Part shown: positions 41,098 to 50,635 of the stretch, one piece after another
Position numbering within the stretch: position 1 is the stretch's first letter
Layout: every line of letters starts with the position of its first letter
NCBI GenBank assembly: GCA_964408935.1
Contig: CAYPBF010000003.1
Location: 1-55,006 of the forward strand
Reading direction: 5' to 3'
DNA length: 55,006 bases
DNA from: an uncultured Dehalococcoidales bacterium
GTDB taxonomy: Bacteria > Chloroflexota > Dehalococcoidia > Dehalococcoidales > BS750m-G39
The notes under the pieces: model-generated
Seen by the model: only the letters and a program-made list of their open reading frames with translations
Told to the model about the DNA's origin: nothing
Databases searched by the model: none
Position numbers and translations under genes: made by a program

Positions 41098-42033
41098 TTA
41101 CCTCAGCACGAACCTCAGTGATTGGGGGAACTGCTCTTTGTCCAGCCGATGCAAGCCCTGCTGGTGGGCCGGCTCGATGGCGTCGTTGAACTCCTGGGCT
41201 TTGAGGGGGCGGTTGAGGGTGGGGATATCAAAAGCCTTATAGCAGGGGCGGTACTGGGACATGATATTGAGGTAGGTGTTGGCCGAAATCTCAGCAGCGA
41301 GGAACCTTACCACCTCTTTGGTCCCCGCTAGGCCCTCGGGCAGCACCAGGTGGCGCACCAAAAGACCGCGTTGGGCAATGCCGTTATCATCCACCTTAAG
41401 GTCGCCTACCTGGCGGTGCATCTCACTGACCGCGGCCCGATTGATTTCTGGGTAGCCCTTTATCCCCGAAAGGCGCTCGGCGGTCTTGGCGTCGGCGTAT
41501 TTCATATCGGGCATGTAGATATCAACGATACCGTCCAGCAGCTTCAACGTCTCTATGGCGTCGTATCCCCCTGTGTTATAGACCAGGGGCAGGTTTAAAC
41601 CTTTGGCCGTGGCTATCTCCAGTGCCTCCAGAATATAGGGCACTACGTGGCTGGGGCTGACCAGGTTTATGTTGTGGCAACCCCTTGCCTGCAGAGAGAG
41701 CATCATGCTGGCCAGGGTTTCGCCGGACACGGCTTCGCCCTCGCCGAGCTGGCTGATGGTGTAGTTCTGGCAGAAGATACAATGCAGGTTGCAATAACTA
41801 AAGAAGATGGTCCCCGAGCCGTTGTGGCCCACCAGAGGGGCTTCCTCGCCCATATGGGGGCCGTAGCTGGAGACCATAACCTTGTCGGTGACCTGACACT
41901 GGCCGCTTTCCCCGCTAAGGCGGTTGACGCCACAGGCGCGGGGGCAGAGTCGGCATTCTTCCAGGATGGCGCGGGCTCGTTTTGCCCTGTCCCTCAACTC
42001 CCCGCTCTGGTGTAGCTGTTGGTAGGCAGCTAT
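41098..42033 (-). CDS. Radical SAM protein (PflX-like); start uncertain (ATA 42033 or TTG 41997)
   Basis: CRLCPRACGVNR, CNLHCIFCQN (CxxxCxxC), VYNTGGY, DIYMPDMKY, LVRHLVLP. Confidence 0.88.
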   Translation of the reverse strand: MAAYQQLHQSGELRDRAKRARAILEECRLCPRACGVNRLSGESGQCQVTDKVMVSSYGPHMGEEAPLVGHNGSGTIFFSYCNLHCIFCQNYTISQLGEGEAVSGETLASMMLSLQARGCHNINLVSPSHVVPYILEALEIATAKGLNLPLVYNTGGYDAIETLKLLDGIVDIYMPDMKYADAKTAERLSGIKGYPEINRAAVSEMHRQVGDLKVDDNGIAQRGLLVRHLVLPEGLAGTKEVVRFLAAEISANTYLNIMSQYRPCYKAFDIPTLNRPLKAQEFNDAIEPAHQQGLHRLDKEQFPQSLRFVLR

Positions 42034-42035
42034 CT

Positions 42036-42179
42036 CTATTCCTCCTCCTCTTTTCCCTTCTTCCCCTTTTTAATCACCTCCACCGTCATCGGTGGGGTCA
42101 AGATAGTGGGGTGGGCTATTTTCTTATCGTCCTTTTTCGGCTTCTTGGTTTCTCGATGTCGGTAGTCTCTACGGCCCAT
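42036..42179 (-). CDS. Small 47-aa basic/acidic protein, absent from ORF track
   Basis: MGRRDYRHRETKKPKKDDKKIAHPTILTPPMTVEVIKKGKKGKEEEE; SD GAGGTG; upstream TTTACA-17-TAAACT. Confidence 0.75.
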   Translation of the reverse strand: MGRRDYRHRETKKPKKDDKKIAHPTILTPPMTVEVIKKGKKGKEEEE

Positions 42180-42242
42180 AGTCACACCTCTATCTTATTT
42201 GATTAAAGTTTAACAAAGGGGAGCTATCGTGTAAAGCTGTCT

Positions 42243-42926
42243 CTAGAACTGGTCCAGGGCCATACGGGCGGCTTCCGTCTCGGCCGCCTTTTTGTTTTTG
42301 CCCGACCCGCGGCCGATGACATCTCCACCCACCGTGACCTCGACGGTGAAACGGCGGTCGTGGGCGGGGCCTACGGCTTCGACGACCTTGTATCGGGGCT
42401 TTAGCTGCCGCTTGGCCTGGGCTACCTCCTGCAGCTTGGTCTTGTAGTCGGCCTCTACACCCTGGCTGAGCGCTTTGCCCATCTTTTTAGCCATTAGCTT
42501 TAGAATGAACTTGCGGGTGACGGCCAGGCCCTGGTCGAGGAAGATGGCGGCAATCAGGGCCTCCAGAGCCCCCGAAAGGTTAGCGGGTTTGTTTCTGCCC
42601 CCACCCCCCTCCTCACCCTTGCCAAGGTAGAGGTAATCGCCCAGCTTTATGGACTTGGCCAGGCGGGATAGGGCGACCTGACTCACCAGTGAGGAGCGCA
42701 CCCGGGTCATCTCGCCCTCGCTGAACTGGGGGAAGCGCTTATAGAGCTCTTCGGCGATGATAAAGCCGAGCACGGCATCGCCTAGGTACTCCAGCCTTTC
42801 GTTATCGCCCTCGGCCAGGTCGGGGTTTTCGTTGATATAGGAGCTATGCACCAGCGCCTGCTCCAGTAGGGCCTGGTTCTTGAACCTGATTTTCAGGGCC
42901 TTTTGTAGCGTGGTTAAAACGGTCAA
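42243..42926 (-). CDS. rnc: Ribonuclease III
   Basis: ALVHSSY, NERLEYLGDAVLG, dsRBD DYKTKLQE, GPAHDRRF, G.GKNKKAAE. Confidence 0.97.
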   Translation of the reverse strand: MTVLTTLQKALKIRFKNQALLEQALVHSSYINENPDLAEGDNERLEYLGDAVLGFIIAEELYKRFPQFSEGEMTRVRSSLVSQVALSRLAKSIKLGDYLYLGKGEEGGGGRNKPANLSGALEALIAAIFLDQGLAVTRKFILKLMAKKMGKALSQGVEADYKTKLQEVAQAKRQLKPRYKVVEAVGPAHDRRFTVEVTVGGDVIGRGSGKNKKAAETEAARMALDQF

Positions 42927-42949
42927 GTTGCTTTCTTCCCTCTAGCTTT

Positions 42950-43016
42950 AGCATAAATACTAAGGCGGGCGGTGTCAAATAGGGTTATTGCCTCTGAGTC
43001 ATGCCCGTGTTATAAT
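42950..43016. promoter_or_regulatory. Divergent sigma-70 promoters for rnc (-) and tRNA-Gln (+)
   Basis: Minus: TTGACA-17-TATGCT (42978-42950); plus: TTGCCT-17-TATAAT (42988-43016). Confidence 0.7.
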
Positions 43017-43027
43017 CGGTTTTGAAC

Positions 43028-43101
43028 TGGGGAATCGTCTAGTGGTAGGACAGCGGACTCTGGATCCGTAAGGGAAGGTTCGAATCCTTCTTCCCCAGCC
43101 A
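43028..43101 (+). tRNA. tRNA-Gln(CTG)
   Basis: TGGGGAA...TTCCCCA-G-CCA, anticodon arm GCGGA-CT CTG GA-TCCGT. Confidence 0.96.
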
Positions 43102-43122
43102 TTTTATTTTTTGGAGGCTACT

Positions 43123-43878
43123 ATGAGACCGCTTCAGAGCGATTTATCTATCTACAAGAAGTTTGATTTTAAATATCCGCCTGTAGGCGTCAAGTTCTGC
43201 CTGAGTAAGCCAGAGGGAATCAAGCCGCTGGATAAGTCCATTCCCTTCTGTGAGATGCTCAGGGAGGCGCAGCGAAGGGGCACCGCCTTTTACTTTAGCC
43301 GCGAGAACGAGAGCTGCGTGGGCAAGATAGTATTGGGCATGGAGGACTTTCCACTTTTTGTGGAAGGGGGACTGATCGGGCCCAGGTTCGGCATCTTTCA
43401 GGAGGCGCGGGCTAACAATAAAATCTATCAGTACATACCCCGCTTCGCTCCGGGGCTGGTCAACTATGTCGCCTTCGCCCCACTGGATAAATTGACCTTC
43501 GAGCCCGACCTTCTGGTTCTTACCGCCACCACCAGCCAGGCGGAAATCGTGCTCAGGTCAATGAGCTATTCCACCGGCGAGATTTGGGAGACCAAAGCCA
43601 CGGGGGTACTGGGCTGCGCTTGGCTTTACATCTATCCCTTTCAAAGCGGTAAGGTGAACTATACGGTTACCGGGCTGGCTTTTGGGGCGAAGTCAAAAGA
43701 GGTGTTCGAGGAGGGGTGGATGCTGATATCCATACCCTATAACTGGCTGCCGATTATAACGGCCAACCTTGAGGAGATGGAATGGGTCTTGCCCTCTTAC
43801 ACTGACGGTCGGGAGAAGTTCCTTGAGCGAGAGGAGAAGGTGTTCGAAGAATCCGCCAAAGAGGCGGAGAATGAATAG
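43123..43878 (+). CDS. DUF169-family protein
   Basis: YPPVGVKF, PFCEM, SC.G...LG, EPDLLV, GC.W pattern; ATG 43123 with SD GGAGG. Confidence 0.75.
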   Translation: MRPLQSDLSIYKKFDFKYPPVGVKFCLSKPEGIKPLDKSIPFCEMLREAQRRGTAFYFSRENESCVGKIVLGMEDFPLFVEGGLIGPRFGIFQEARANNKIYQYIPRFAPGLVNYVAFAPLDKLTFEPDLLVLTATTSQAEIVLRSMSYSTGEIWETKATGVLGCAWLYIYPFQSGKVNYTVTGLAFGAKSKEVFEEGWMLISIPYNWLPIITANLEEMEWVLPSYTDGREKFLEREEKVFEESAKEAENE

Positions 43879-43897
43879 CCTGAAACAGGCGGGTATC

Positions 43898-43926
43898 TTG
43901 CCGTTTTAGCCTGTCGCTGTTATAAT
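43898..43926 (+). promoter_or_regulatory. Sigma-70 promoter of tRNA-Glu
   Basis: TTGCCG-17-TATAAT. Confidence 0.75.
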
Positions 43927-43987
43927 AGCCGTGGCTGGCTTTAGAGAAAGCACTATAAGTCTCTGGTTGTAGCCAGCCTTTTTAGGT

Positions 43988-44063
43988 GGCGCATTCGTCT
44001 AGCGGTTAGGACACCGCCCTCTCAAGGCGGAGATCACGGGTTCGAATCCCGTATGCGCTACCA
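43988..44063 (+). tRNA. tRNA-Glu(CTC)
   Basis: GGCGCAT...ATGCGCT-A-CCA, anticodon arm CCGCC-CT CTC AA-GGCGG. Confidence 0.96.
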
Positions 44064-44066
44064 AGC

Positions 44067-44095
44067 TTGACTTTTAAATCTTGCATTTTTATAAT
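44067..44095 (+). promoter_or_regulatory. Sigma-70 promoter of the tRNA-Thr/Tyr cluster
   Basis: TTGACT-17-TATAAT. Confidence 0.8.
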
Positions 44096-44120
44096 GTTCC
44101 AGCTAACCTGTAGCTGGAAT

Positions 44121-44193
44121 GCCCGAGTGGCGCAATGGTAGCGCAACCGACTTGTAATCGGTAGGTTAGCGGGTTCGACTCCCCTCTCGGGCT
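44121..44193 (+). tRNA. tRNA-Thr(TGT), CCA not encoded
   Basis: GCCCGAG...CTCGGGC-T, anticodon arm ACCGA-CT TGT AA-TCGGT. Confidence 0.95.
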
Positions 44194-44206
44194 GAGGTCT
44201 GTGTGG

Positions 44207-44290
44207 GGAGGGGTGCCGGAGTGGTTAATCGGAGCAGACTGTAAATCTGCCGCCCTAAGGGCTACGCAGGTTCGAATCCTGCCCCCTCCA
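44207..44290 (+). tRNA. tRNA-Tyr(GTA), CCA not encoded
   Basis: GGAGGGG...CCCCTCC-A, anticodon arm GCAGA-CT GTA AA-TCTGC, long variable arm. Confidence 0.95.
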
Positions 44291-44350
44291 CTTTAGATAT
44301 AATTTAGGGATTAGAAGTTAGACCACAAAAACTGGTATAATGTTCTGGGT

Positions 44351-44423
44351 GCCCACATAGCTCAGTCGGTAGAGCACGTTCTTGGTAAGAACGGGGTCAC
44401 CAGTTCGAATCTGGTTGTGGGCT
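44351..44423 (+). tRNA. tRNA-Thr(GGT), CCA not encoded
   Basis: GCCCACA...TGTGGGC-T, anticodon arm CGTTC-TT GGT AA-GAACG. Confidence 0.95.
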
Positions 44424-44443
44424 TTAATTAAAGGGGGTAAAAA

Positions 44444-45646
44444 ATGGCAAAGCAGAAATTCGAAAGGACTAAGCCCCATTGTAACGTGGGCACCATCGGT
44501 CACGTCGACCATGGTAAGACAACTCTGACCTCGGCGATAACTATGGTCCTGTCTAAGGCAGGGGGGACTGAATATCGCGCCTTCGAGAGTATCGATAATG
44601 CTCCCGAAGAGAAGGCGCGCGGCCTGACCATAGCCATCGCCCATATCGAGTATGAAACCGAGAAGCGCCATTATGCCCATATTGATTGCCCTGGGCACGC
44701 CGATTTCATCAAGAATATGATAACCGGTGCCGCCCAGATGGACGGCGCCATCCTGGTGGTGAGCGCCCCCGACGGGCCTATGCCCCAGACCAGGGAACAC
44801 GTCCTGCTGGCCAGGCAGGTGGAGGTTCCCTACATCGTGGTGGCTCTCAACAAGATTGACGCCCTCGATGACGAAGAGCTGCAGGAGCTGGTGGAGGTGG
44901 AGACCAGAGAGCTGCTGACCAAGTATAAGTTCCCCGGTGACGATTTGCCGGTGATAAGGATGAGCGCCCTAAAAGCCCTGGAGTGTGGCTGCGCCAAGCG
45001 CGAGTGTGAATGGTGCGGCGGCATTTGGAAGCTAATTGATGCCATCGATACCTATATTCCCACCCCGGTAAGGCCCAAAGACCAGCCCTTCCTGATGCCG
45101 GTGGAGGATGTCTTTAGCATTAAGGGTCGCGGCACTGTGCCTACGGGCAGGGTGGAGCGAGGCGTGATTAAGGCCGGCGACGAGGTTGAAATCGTGGGCT
45201 TACACCACGAGCCGCGCAAGACGGTGGCTACCAGCCTAGAGATGTTCCATAAGATTCTGGACGATGCTGAGCCTGGAGACGCTGTTGGTATCCTGCTGCG
45301 AGGCGTGGAACGTGACGACATCGAGCGGGGTATGGTCATCGCCGCCCCCGGTTCGATTAAGCCGCATACCTATGCCGAGGCCGAGGTCTACGTCCTGAGC
45401 AAGGAAGAGGGGGGCCGACATACGCCGTTCTTTAACGGCTATAAGCCCCAATTCTACATAAGGACTACCGACGTTACCGGCACCATCGAGCTGCCCGAAG
45501 GGGTGGAGATGGTTATGCCCGGTGACAACATTAACATGAAGATTAAGCTTATCTACCCGGTGGCTCTGGAGAAGGGCTTACGCTTTGCTATCCGGGAGGG
45601 GGGTAAAACGGTGGGTGCCGGCACTATCAGCCGCATCATTGAGTAG
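44444..45646 (+). CDS. tuf: Elongation factor Tu
   Basis: [42 protein letters not shown]. Confidence 0.99.
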   Translation: MAKQKFERTKPHCNVGTIGHVDHGKTTLTSAITMVLSKAGGTEYRAFESIDNAPEEKARGLTIAIAHIEYETEKRHYAHIDCPGHADFIKNMITGAAQMDGAILVVSAPDGPMPQTREHVLLARQVEVPYIVVALNKIDALDDEELQELVEVETRELLTKYKFPGDDLPVIRMSALKALECGCAKRECEWCGGIWKLIDAIDTYIPTPVRPKDQPFLMPVEDVFSIKGRGTVPTGRVERGVIKAGDEVEIVGLHHEPRKTVATSLEMFHKILDDAEPGDAVGILLRGVERDDIERGMVIAAPGSIKPHTYAEAEVYVLSKEEGGRHTPFFNGYKPQFYIRTTDVTGTIELPEGVEMVMPGDNINMKIKLIYPVALEKGLRFAIREGGKTVGAGTISRIIE

Positions 45647-45648
45647 AG

Positions 45649-45816
45649 ATGGCGAGGAAGTCTGAAGCCAGGGTTATTATCCATCTTGCCTGCACTGAGT
45701 GCAACGAGAGGACATATACTTCCACGAAGAACAAGAGGAACGACACCCAGCGTCTGGAGCTGAAGAAGTATTGCCCCCGCTGCCGCAGTCATACCCTGCA
45801 CAAGGAGACGAAATAG
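45649..45816 (+). CDS. rpmG: 50S ribosomal protein L33 (Zn-binding C+ form), absent from ORF track
   Basis: [18 protein letters not shown]...[21 protein letters not shown] (55 aa). Confidence 0.96.
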   Translation: MARKSEARVIIHLACTECNERTYTSTKNKRNDTQRLELKKYCPRCRSHTLHKETK

Positions 45817-45845
45817 GGCGGCATGGAGGCATTTGAGGACGTTTT

Positions 45846-46055
45846 ATGACTCAACGTACTGCTACCAAGCGTTCCCGCTTCCGCTTCATCGGCGATATTA
45901 TCGCCGAGCTGAGGAAGGTGGTCTGGCTCTCCAGGCGAGAGGCGGCTTACCTAACCTTCCTGGTGCTGGTGGTTACCGTGGCCATGGGTATACTGCTGGG
46001 CGTCTTCGACTGGGGTTTTACTCAAATCGTGGAAAAATTCTTTGTGGGCGGATAA
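45846..46055 (+). CDS. secE: Preprotein translocase subunit SecE
   Basis: IAELRKVVW plus one TM; between rpmG and nusG. Confidence 0.93.
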   Translation: MTQRTATKRSRFRFIGDIIAELRKVVWLSRREAAYLTFLVLVVTVAMGILLGVFDWGFTQIVEKFFVGG

Positions 46056-46100
46056 AAGCCCAGCTCTTTTCCAATTCCAATTTGTTTAAACGAGGGGTTT

Positions 46101-46658
46101 TTGGTGGCTGAGAAACAAAACAAGGTGGCGGAAAGTCAAAAAGGGTGGTTCGTGATTCATACCTATTCCGGGTATGAGGAAAGGGTTAAGAAGAATCTTG
46201 AGCAACGCATCAAGTTTATGGACAGCGCTGAAGAGATTGGCGATATTATCATACCCACCGAGGTGGAGATAGAGGTAAAGAACGGGCAGCGGCGGAATGT
46301 GGACAAGAAAATACTGCCCGGTTACATCCTGGTCCAGATGAACATGAGTGACCAGAGCTGGAACATCGTGCGCAACACGCCCGGGGTGACCGGATTTGTC
46401 GGCAGCGGCACCAAGCCGACACCCCTGCTCGAGGACGAGGTTAACCAGATACTGAAGCAGATGGCCGCTGAGGCCCCCAAGGTCAAGGTCGGTTTCCGCA
46501 AAGGGCAGAGCGTGAGGGTGAACAGCGGGCCTTTTATAGATTTTGTTGGCGTGGTGGATGAAATAAGCACCGATAAGGGCAAGGTCAAGGTGCTTCTCTC
46601 GCTTTTCGGACGGGAGACACCGGTTGAGCTTGACTTCTTACAGGTAGAGAAGCTCTAG
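46101..46658 (+). CDS. nusG: Transcription termination/antitermination factor NusG
   Basis: [48 protein letters not shown]. Confidence 0.97.
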   Translation: MVAEKQNKVAESQKGWFVIHTYSGYEERVKKNLEQRIKFMDSAEEIGDIIIPTEVEIEVKNGQRRNVDKKILPGYILVQMNMSDQSWNIVRNTPGVTGFVGSGTKPTPLLEDEVNQILKQMAAEAPKVKVGFRKGQSVRVNSGPFIDFVGVVDEISTDKGKVKVLLSLFGRETPVELDFLQVEKL

Positions 46659-46666
46659 GAGATAAA

Positions 46667-47092
46667 GTGGCTAAGAAAGTCAAGGCCGTAATTAAGCTGC
46701 AGATTCCCGCAGGCAAGGCCAACCCGGCGCCACCGGTGGGGCCGGCCCTGGGTCAGCACGGGCTTAACATCATGGCCTTCTGTAAACAGTATAACGACCG
46801 CACCTCCAAGCAGGAGGGCTCGATTATTCCGGTGGAGATAACCGTCTACGAAGACCGTTCCTTCACCTTTATTACCAAGACGCCACCGGCTACCGATTTG
46901 CTAAAGAAAGCGTTGGGGGTAGAGAAGGCCTCGGGCGAAGCCGGCCACGAGAGTGCGGGTACGATAACCCGCGCCCAGCTGCGCGAGATTGCCGAGATTA
47001 AGGCTAAAGACCTGAACGCGACCACTATCGAGGGCGCGGAGCGCATCATCGAGGGCACCGCCCGCAGTATGGGCATCGAGGTAGAGAAGTGA
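46667..47092 (+). CDS. rplK: 50S ribosomal protein L11
   Basis: [25 protein letters not shown]. Confidence 0.98.
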   Translation: MAKKVKAVIKLQIPAGKANPAPPVGPALGQHGLNIMAFCKQYNDRTSKQEGSIIPVEITVYEDRSFTFITKTPPATDLLKKALGVEKASGEAGHESAGTITRAQLREIAEIKAKDLNATTIEGAERIIEGTARSMGIEVEK

Positions 47093-47802
47093 CCAGACAC
47101 GGCAAAAAATACGCTGAGGCGCTGAAGATGGTGGATAGGGAAAAGACCTATACCCCGGAAGAGGCTATCGGCATCATCAAGAAGGCGGCTTTTACTAAAT
47201 TCGACGAAACGGTGGAGCTTCATCTCCGCATGGGAGTAGACCCGCAGGACGCCACCCAGCAGGTACGTGGTGTGGCTCTCCTGCCCCATGGACTGGGCAA
47301 GCAGGTGCGCGTGCTGGTGTTTGCCCAGGGTGAAGCTGCCAAGGCCGCCCAAGACGCTGGCGCCGAGGCTGTTGGTGCTGACGATATGATTAAGAAAATC
47401 GAGGACGGCTGGCTGGAGTTTGATACCGCTATCGCCACTCCTGATATGATGGGCAAGGTAGGCAAGCTGGGTAAAATCCTGGGGAGGAAGGGGCTGATGC
47501 CCAACCCCAAGTCGGGGACGGTGGTGGCCGCGGAGGACATCCCCCGCGCCATCGAGGAAGCCCGCAAGGGGCGGGTGGAGTTCAAGCTCGACCGCCAGGC
47601 CATCATTCACGTCGTCCTGGGCAAGGTCAGCTTTGAGGAAGAAAAGCTGCTGGCCAATCTGGCAGCGCTCGTCGAGGCGGTGATGAAGGCCAAGCCCAGC
47701 GGGGCCAAGGGCCAGTATGTCAAGACGGCTACTCTGACCACTACCATGGGGCCGGGAGTAAAGCTCGACCTTAAACCCGCCCTGGCTTTAACCTCCAGTT
47801 AA
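47089..47802 (+). CDS. rplA: 50S ribosomal protein L1
   Basis: [33 protein letters not shown]. Confidence 0.98.
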   Translation: MTRHGKKYAEALKMVDREKTYTPEEAIGIIKKAAFTKFDETVELHLRMGVDPQDATQQVRGVALLPHGLGKQVRVLVFAQGEAAKAAQDAGAEAVGADDMIKKIEDGWLEFDTAIATPDMMGKVGKLGKILGRKGLMPNPKSGTVVAAEDIPRAIEEARKGRVEFKLDRQAIIHVVLGKVSFEEEKLLANLAALVEAVMKAKPSGAKGQYVKTATLTTTMGPGVKLDLKPALALTSS

Positions 47803-47832
47803 TAGTCAATCTTAAGTGAAAGGGGATATCTG

Positions 47833-48984
47833 ATGGCGGACGTTGCTATTGTCGGTGTTGGCCAGACTGCTTTCAGCCGTAGCTGCGGCGTATCGATACG
47901 GGAGCTGGCCTTCGAGGCTTTCCAGGAGGCGCTGGAGGGAGTGGATATCACCAACGCTGATATCGACGCCTCCATTATCTGCTCCGCCCCGGAGTACGAT
48001 AAACAGCGCTCACCGGCCGGCCTGATATCGGAATACCTGGAGCTGACCCCCAAGCCGAGCTTCTACGTGGAGACGGTCTGCTCTTCGAGCAGCACGGGCT
48101 TGAGGGTCGCCTGGTCACTGGTCAAATCGGGGCTGCACAAGATGGTGGCCGTAGTCGGTTTTCAGAAGATGTCCGAGCTTTCCTCCCGCGACGCCGCCGA
48201 GCGTATGGGGCGGGGGGCGGATATCATCTGGGAATCGCCCTTCGGGCTGACCATGCCCGCGGGTTACGCTATGTACGCCCGCGCGCACATGGCTAAGTAC
48301 GGCACCACCGAGGAGCACTTTGCTAAGATACGCGTCAAGAATTCGCACTACGGGGCGACCAATCCCAAGGCGAACTACCGTAAGGAGCTAAGCCTGGAGG
48401 ATATCATGCAATCCGACATGATAACCAGCCCCTTGAAGAAATTCGACTGCTGCGCCAATGCCGACGGCGCTTCCTGCGTTATCGTCGCCCGCGGCGACGT
48501 GGCCAAGAGCATAAGCAAGAAGCCTATCTGGATTGCGGGGCTGGGGGCGGCTACCGATACCATGACCATGGCGGGGCGGAAAGAGCTGACGGGCCTGCAG
48601 TGCGCCCAGGAAGCCGCCAAGCAGGCTTACAAGATGGCGGGTGTCAAGCCGCAGGATATCAATGTCGCTGAGGTGCACGATTGTTTTACTGTCTCCGAGA
48701 TTTTAGCCTACGAAGACCTGGGCTTCGCCAAGCCCGGGGAGGGGGTGGGCCTCATTGAGGATAAAGAGACCTACGTCGACGGCAAGATACCAGTCAACGT
48801 CGATGGCGGCCTGCTCTCTAAAGGGCATCCCATCGGTGCCACCGGAGGCTCCCAGATAAGAACAATTGTTCGGCAGCTGCGGGGCGAGGCCACCGAGGCC
48901 CAGGTGAAGGGCGCCGAGATAGGGCTGGTGCATAACATCGGTGGCATCGGGCAATACGGTAACGTAACCATCTTGAGGAGGTAG
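47833..48984 (+). CDS. Thiolase-family protein 1 (SCP2/archaeal HDCF type)
   Basis: VETVCSSS (Cys), EVHDCF, GGLLSKGHPIGATG. Confidence 0.92.
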   Translation: MADVAIVGVGQTAFSRSCGVSIRELAFEAFQEALEGVDITNADIDASIICSAPEYDKQRSPAGLISEYLELTPKPSFYVETVCSSSSTGLRVAWSLVKSGLHKMVAVVGFQKMSELSSRDAAERMGRGADIIWESPFGLTMPAGYAMYARAHMAKYGTTEEHFAKIRVKNSHYGATNPKANYRKELSLEDIMQSDMITSPLKKFDCCANADGASCVIVARGDVAKSISKKPIWIAGLGAATDTMTMAGRKELTGLQCAQEAAKQAYKMAGVKPQDINVAEVHDCFTVSEILAYEDLGFAKPGEGVGLIEDKETYVDGKIPVNVDGGLLSKGHPIGATGGSQIRTIVRQLRGEATEAQVKGAEIGLVHNIGGIGQYGNVTILRR

Positions 48985-48988
48985 CCTA

Positions 48989-49402
48989 ATGGGCTTTGAG
49001 AACTTCGGCACGGTCAGTTTTACCACGGAGGCCAAAGTGGCCGACTTCATCACCTACCTGGAACAGGGCAAGGTGATGGCCACCCGCTGCCCCAAGTGCG
49101 GGGGAAGCTATTTCCCGCCCAAGGCCGATTGCCCCAGCTGCCTTTCGGGGGAGGTGGAGTGGTTTGAGGTCAAGGGCCAGGGTAAGCTGGCTACCTATAC
49201 CATAGTTAATTACGGGCCGTCGGGCTTTGAGGACGACGCTCCTTACACACTGGCGCTGGGTGAGTTTGAGGGGGGATTACAGATTATGGCCCGCTTGAGC
49301 AAGGATATTGCTCCTGAGGATATCAAGGTGGGTATGAGCCTGGTGGTCGTTCCCTTGAAGCGGCCTGACGGCAGAATCAGCTACGAATTCAAAAAAGGTT
49401 AG
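48989..49402 (+). CDS. Zn-ribbon/OB-fold DUF35 protein 1
   Basis: CPKCG..YFPPKADCPSC, PY.LAL.E. Confidence 0.9.
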   Translation: MGFENFGTVSFTTEAKVADFITYLEQGKVMATRCPKCGGSYFPPKADCPSCLSGEVEWFEVKGQGKLATYTIVNYGPSGFEDDAPYTLALGEFEGGLQIMARLSKDIAPEDIKVGMSLVVVPLKRPDGRISYEFKKG

Positions 49403-49422
49403 GCAAGACAAGGAGGTCAGAC

Positions 49423-50604
49423 ATGGCGGATAGGAAGGTTTGTATCATCGGCGGTGGCATGGATAGATGGGGGGTGAGAGAGGCCAGCTTGGTCGACTTG
49501 GCCCAGGAGGCGGCGCAGGCCTGTTTTGACGATGTGCCGGCGTTGAAGAAAGAGGATATAGACGGCCTTATCTTTGCTTCTTCCTACTGCGGGCGGAGCT
49601 CTTTTCAGGTTAACGCGGCTCCGGTAATCGCCGAGCGCATCGGTCTTCAGCCGACCAGTATCTGTACCAGGGTGGACACCCTCTGTGCCGGCGGCAGTTC
49701 GGGTATCATCATGGCCACGGGGCTGATAAGGTCCGGGATGGCCGATGTGGTCATGGTTGCTGGTGGCGAGAAGCTCTATACGCCACAGCGCTGGGAGACC
49801 TACTACAGCGAGATGGCTTCCATCGACCATGATTGGGATGGAGCCCAGGGGATGGGTTTACCGCCCCCCTTCTTCAGCATGACCGCCCAGGAGCACATGA
49901 AGCGCTACGGGACGACCAAGGAACAGCTTTCGGCGGTCTCAGTCAAGAACCGCCGCAACGGCTCTAACAACCCTAATGCACAGTTCCAGAAGGAGATTTC
50001 TCTGGAAGAGGTGATGGCCGCTAGGCCGATTGTACCGCCGCTGAGCCTTTTTGATTGCACGCCTATTACCGACGGCTGCGCCGCCGTGATGTTGACTCAT
50101 GAAGATAAGGCCAAGGAGCTTTCCGACCGTCCCCTGGTTTACGTCAGGGGAACGGCTCAGGCGAGTCTTCACAGTATGTCTATGAACTGGCCCGGTGAGA
50201 GTTTGGCCGATTGGGTCCACCTGAGGACGGCAGCTAAGAGAGCTTACGAGCAGGCCAGGGTTAAACCCGAAGACATCGACGTCGCCCAGACTCACGATTG
50301 CTTTACCATCTCGGAGATTATCGAGATGGAGGACCTGGGGTTCTGCAAGAAGGGGGAGGGGGGGCCCTTTGTCGAGTCGGGACAGAACGATTTTGGCGGC
50401 AAGATTCCGACCAATACCGACGGCGGGCTGCTTTCCTGTGGCCACCCCTTCGGCGCCACCGGTATTCGCCAGGCACGCGAGATTCTCTTCCAGCTGCAGG
50501 GTAGGGCCATCAGGCAGGTAGATGGCGTCAAGATGGGGTTGACCCATAACCTGAGCGGCCTCAACGTCGAGCATACCATACTTATCTACGGCCGAGAGCC
50601 CTAA
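49423..50604 (+). CDS. Thiolase-family protein 2 (SCP2/archaeal HDCF type)
   Basis: VDTLCAGG (Cys), QTHDCF, GGLLSCGHPFGATG. Confidence 0.92.
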   Translation: MADRKVCIIGGGMDRWGVREASLVDLAQEAAQACFDDVPALKKEDIDGLIFASSYCGRSSFQVNAAPVIAERIGLQPTSICTRVDTLCAGGSSGIIMATGLIRSGMADVVMVAGGEKLYTPQRWETYYSEMASIDHDWDGAQGMGLPPPFFSMTAQEHMKRYGTTKEQLSAVSVKNRRNGSNNPNAQFQKEISLEEVMAARPIVPPLSLFDCTPITDGCAAVMLTHEDKAKELSDRPLVYVRGTAQASLHSMSMNWPGESLADWVHLRTAAKRAYEQARVKPEDIDVAQTHDCFTISEIIEMEDLGFCKKGEGGPFVESGQNDFGGKIPTNTDGGLLSCGHPFGATGIRQAREILFQLQGRAIRQVDGVKMGLTHNLSGLNVEHTILIYGREP

Positions 50605-50635
50605 AAGATAAGATTAACGCTATAAGGGGGAAATT

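Noticed and set aside
43028-44423. Genomic island integrated at a tRNA (also tRNA-Asp at 17297)
   Set aside because: No integrase, no duplicated tRNA 3' ends noticed, and the flanking genes have host-like composition
44291-45845. Missing tRNA-Gly (between Tyr and Thr) and tRNA-Trp (before secE); rpoB absent after rplL
   Set aside because: Common lineage-level variations of this cluster, not informative on their own
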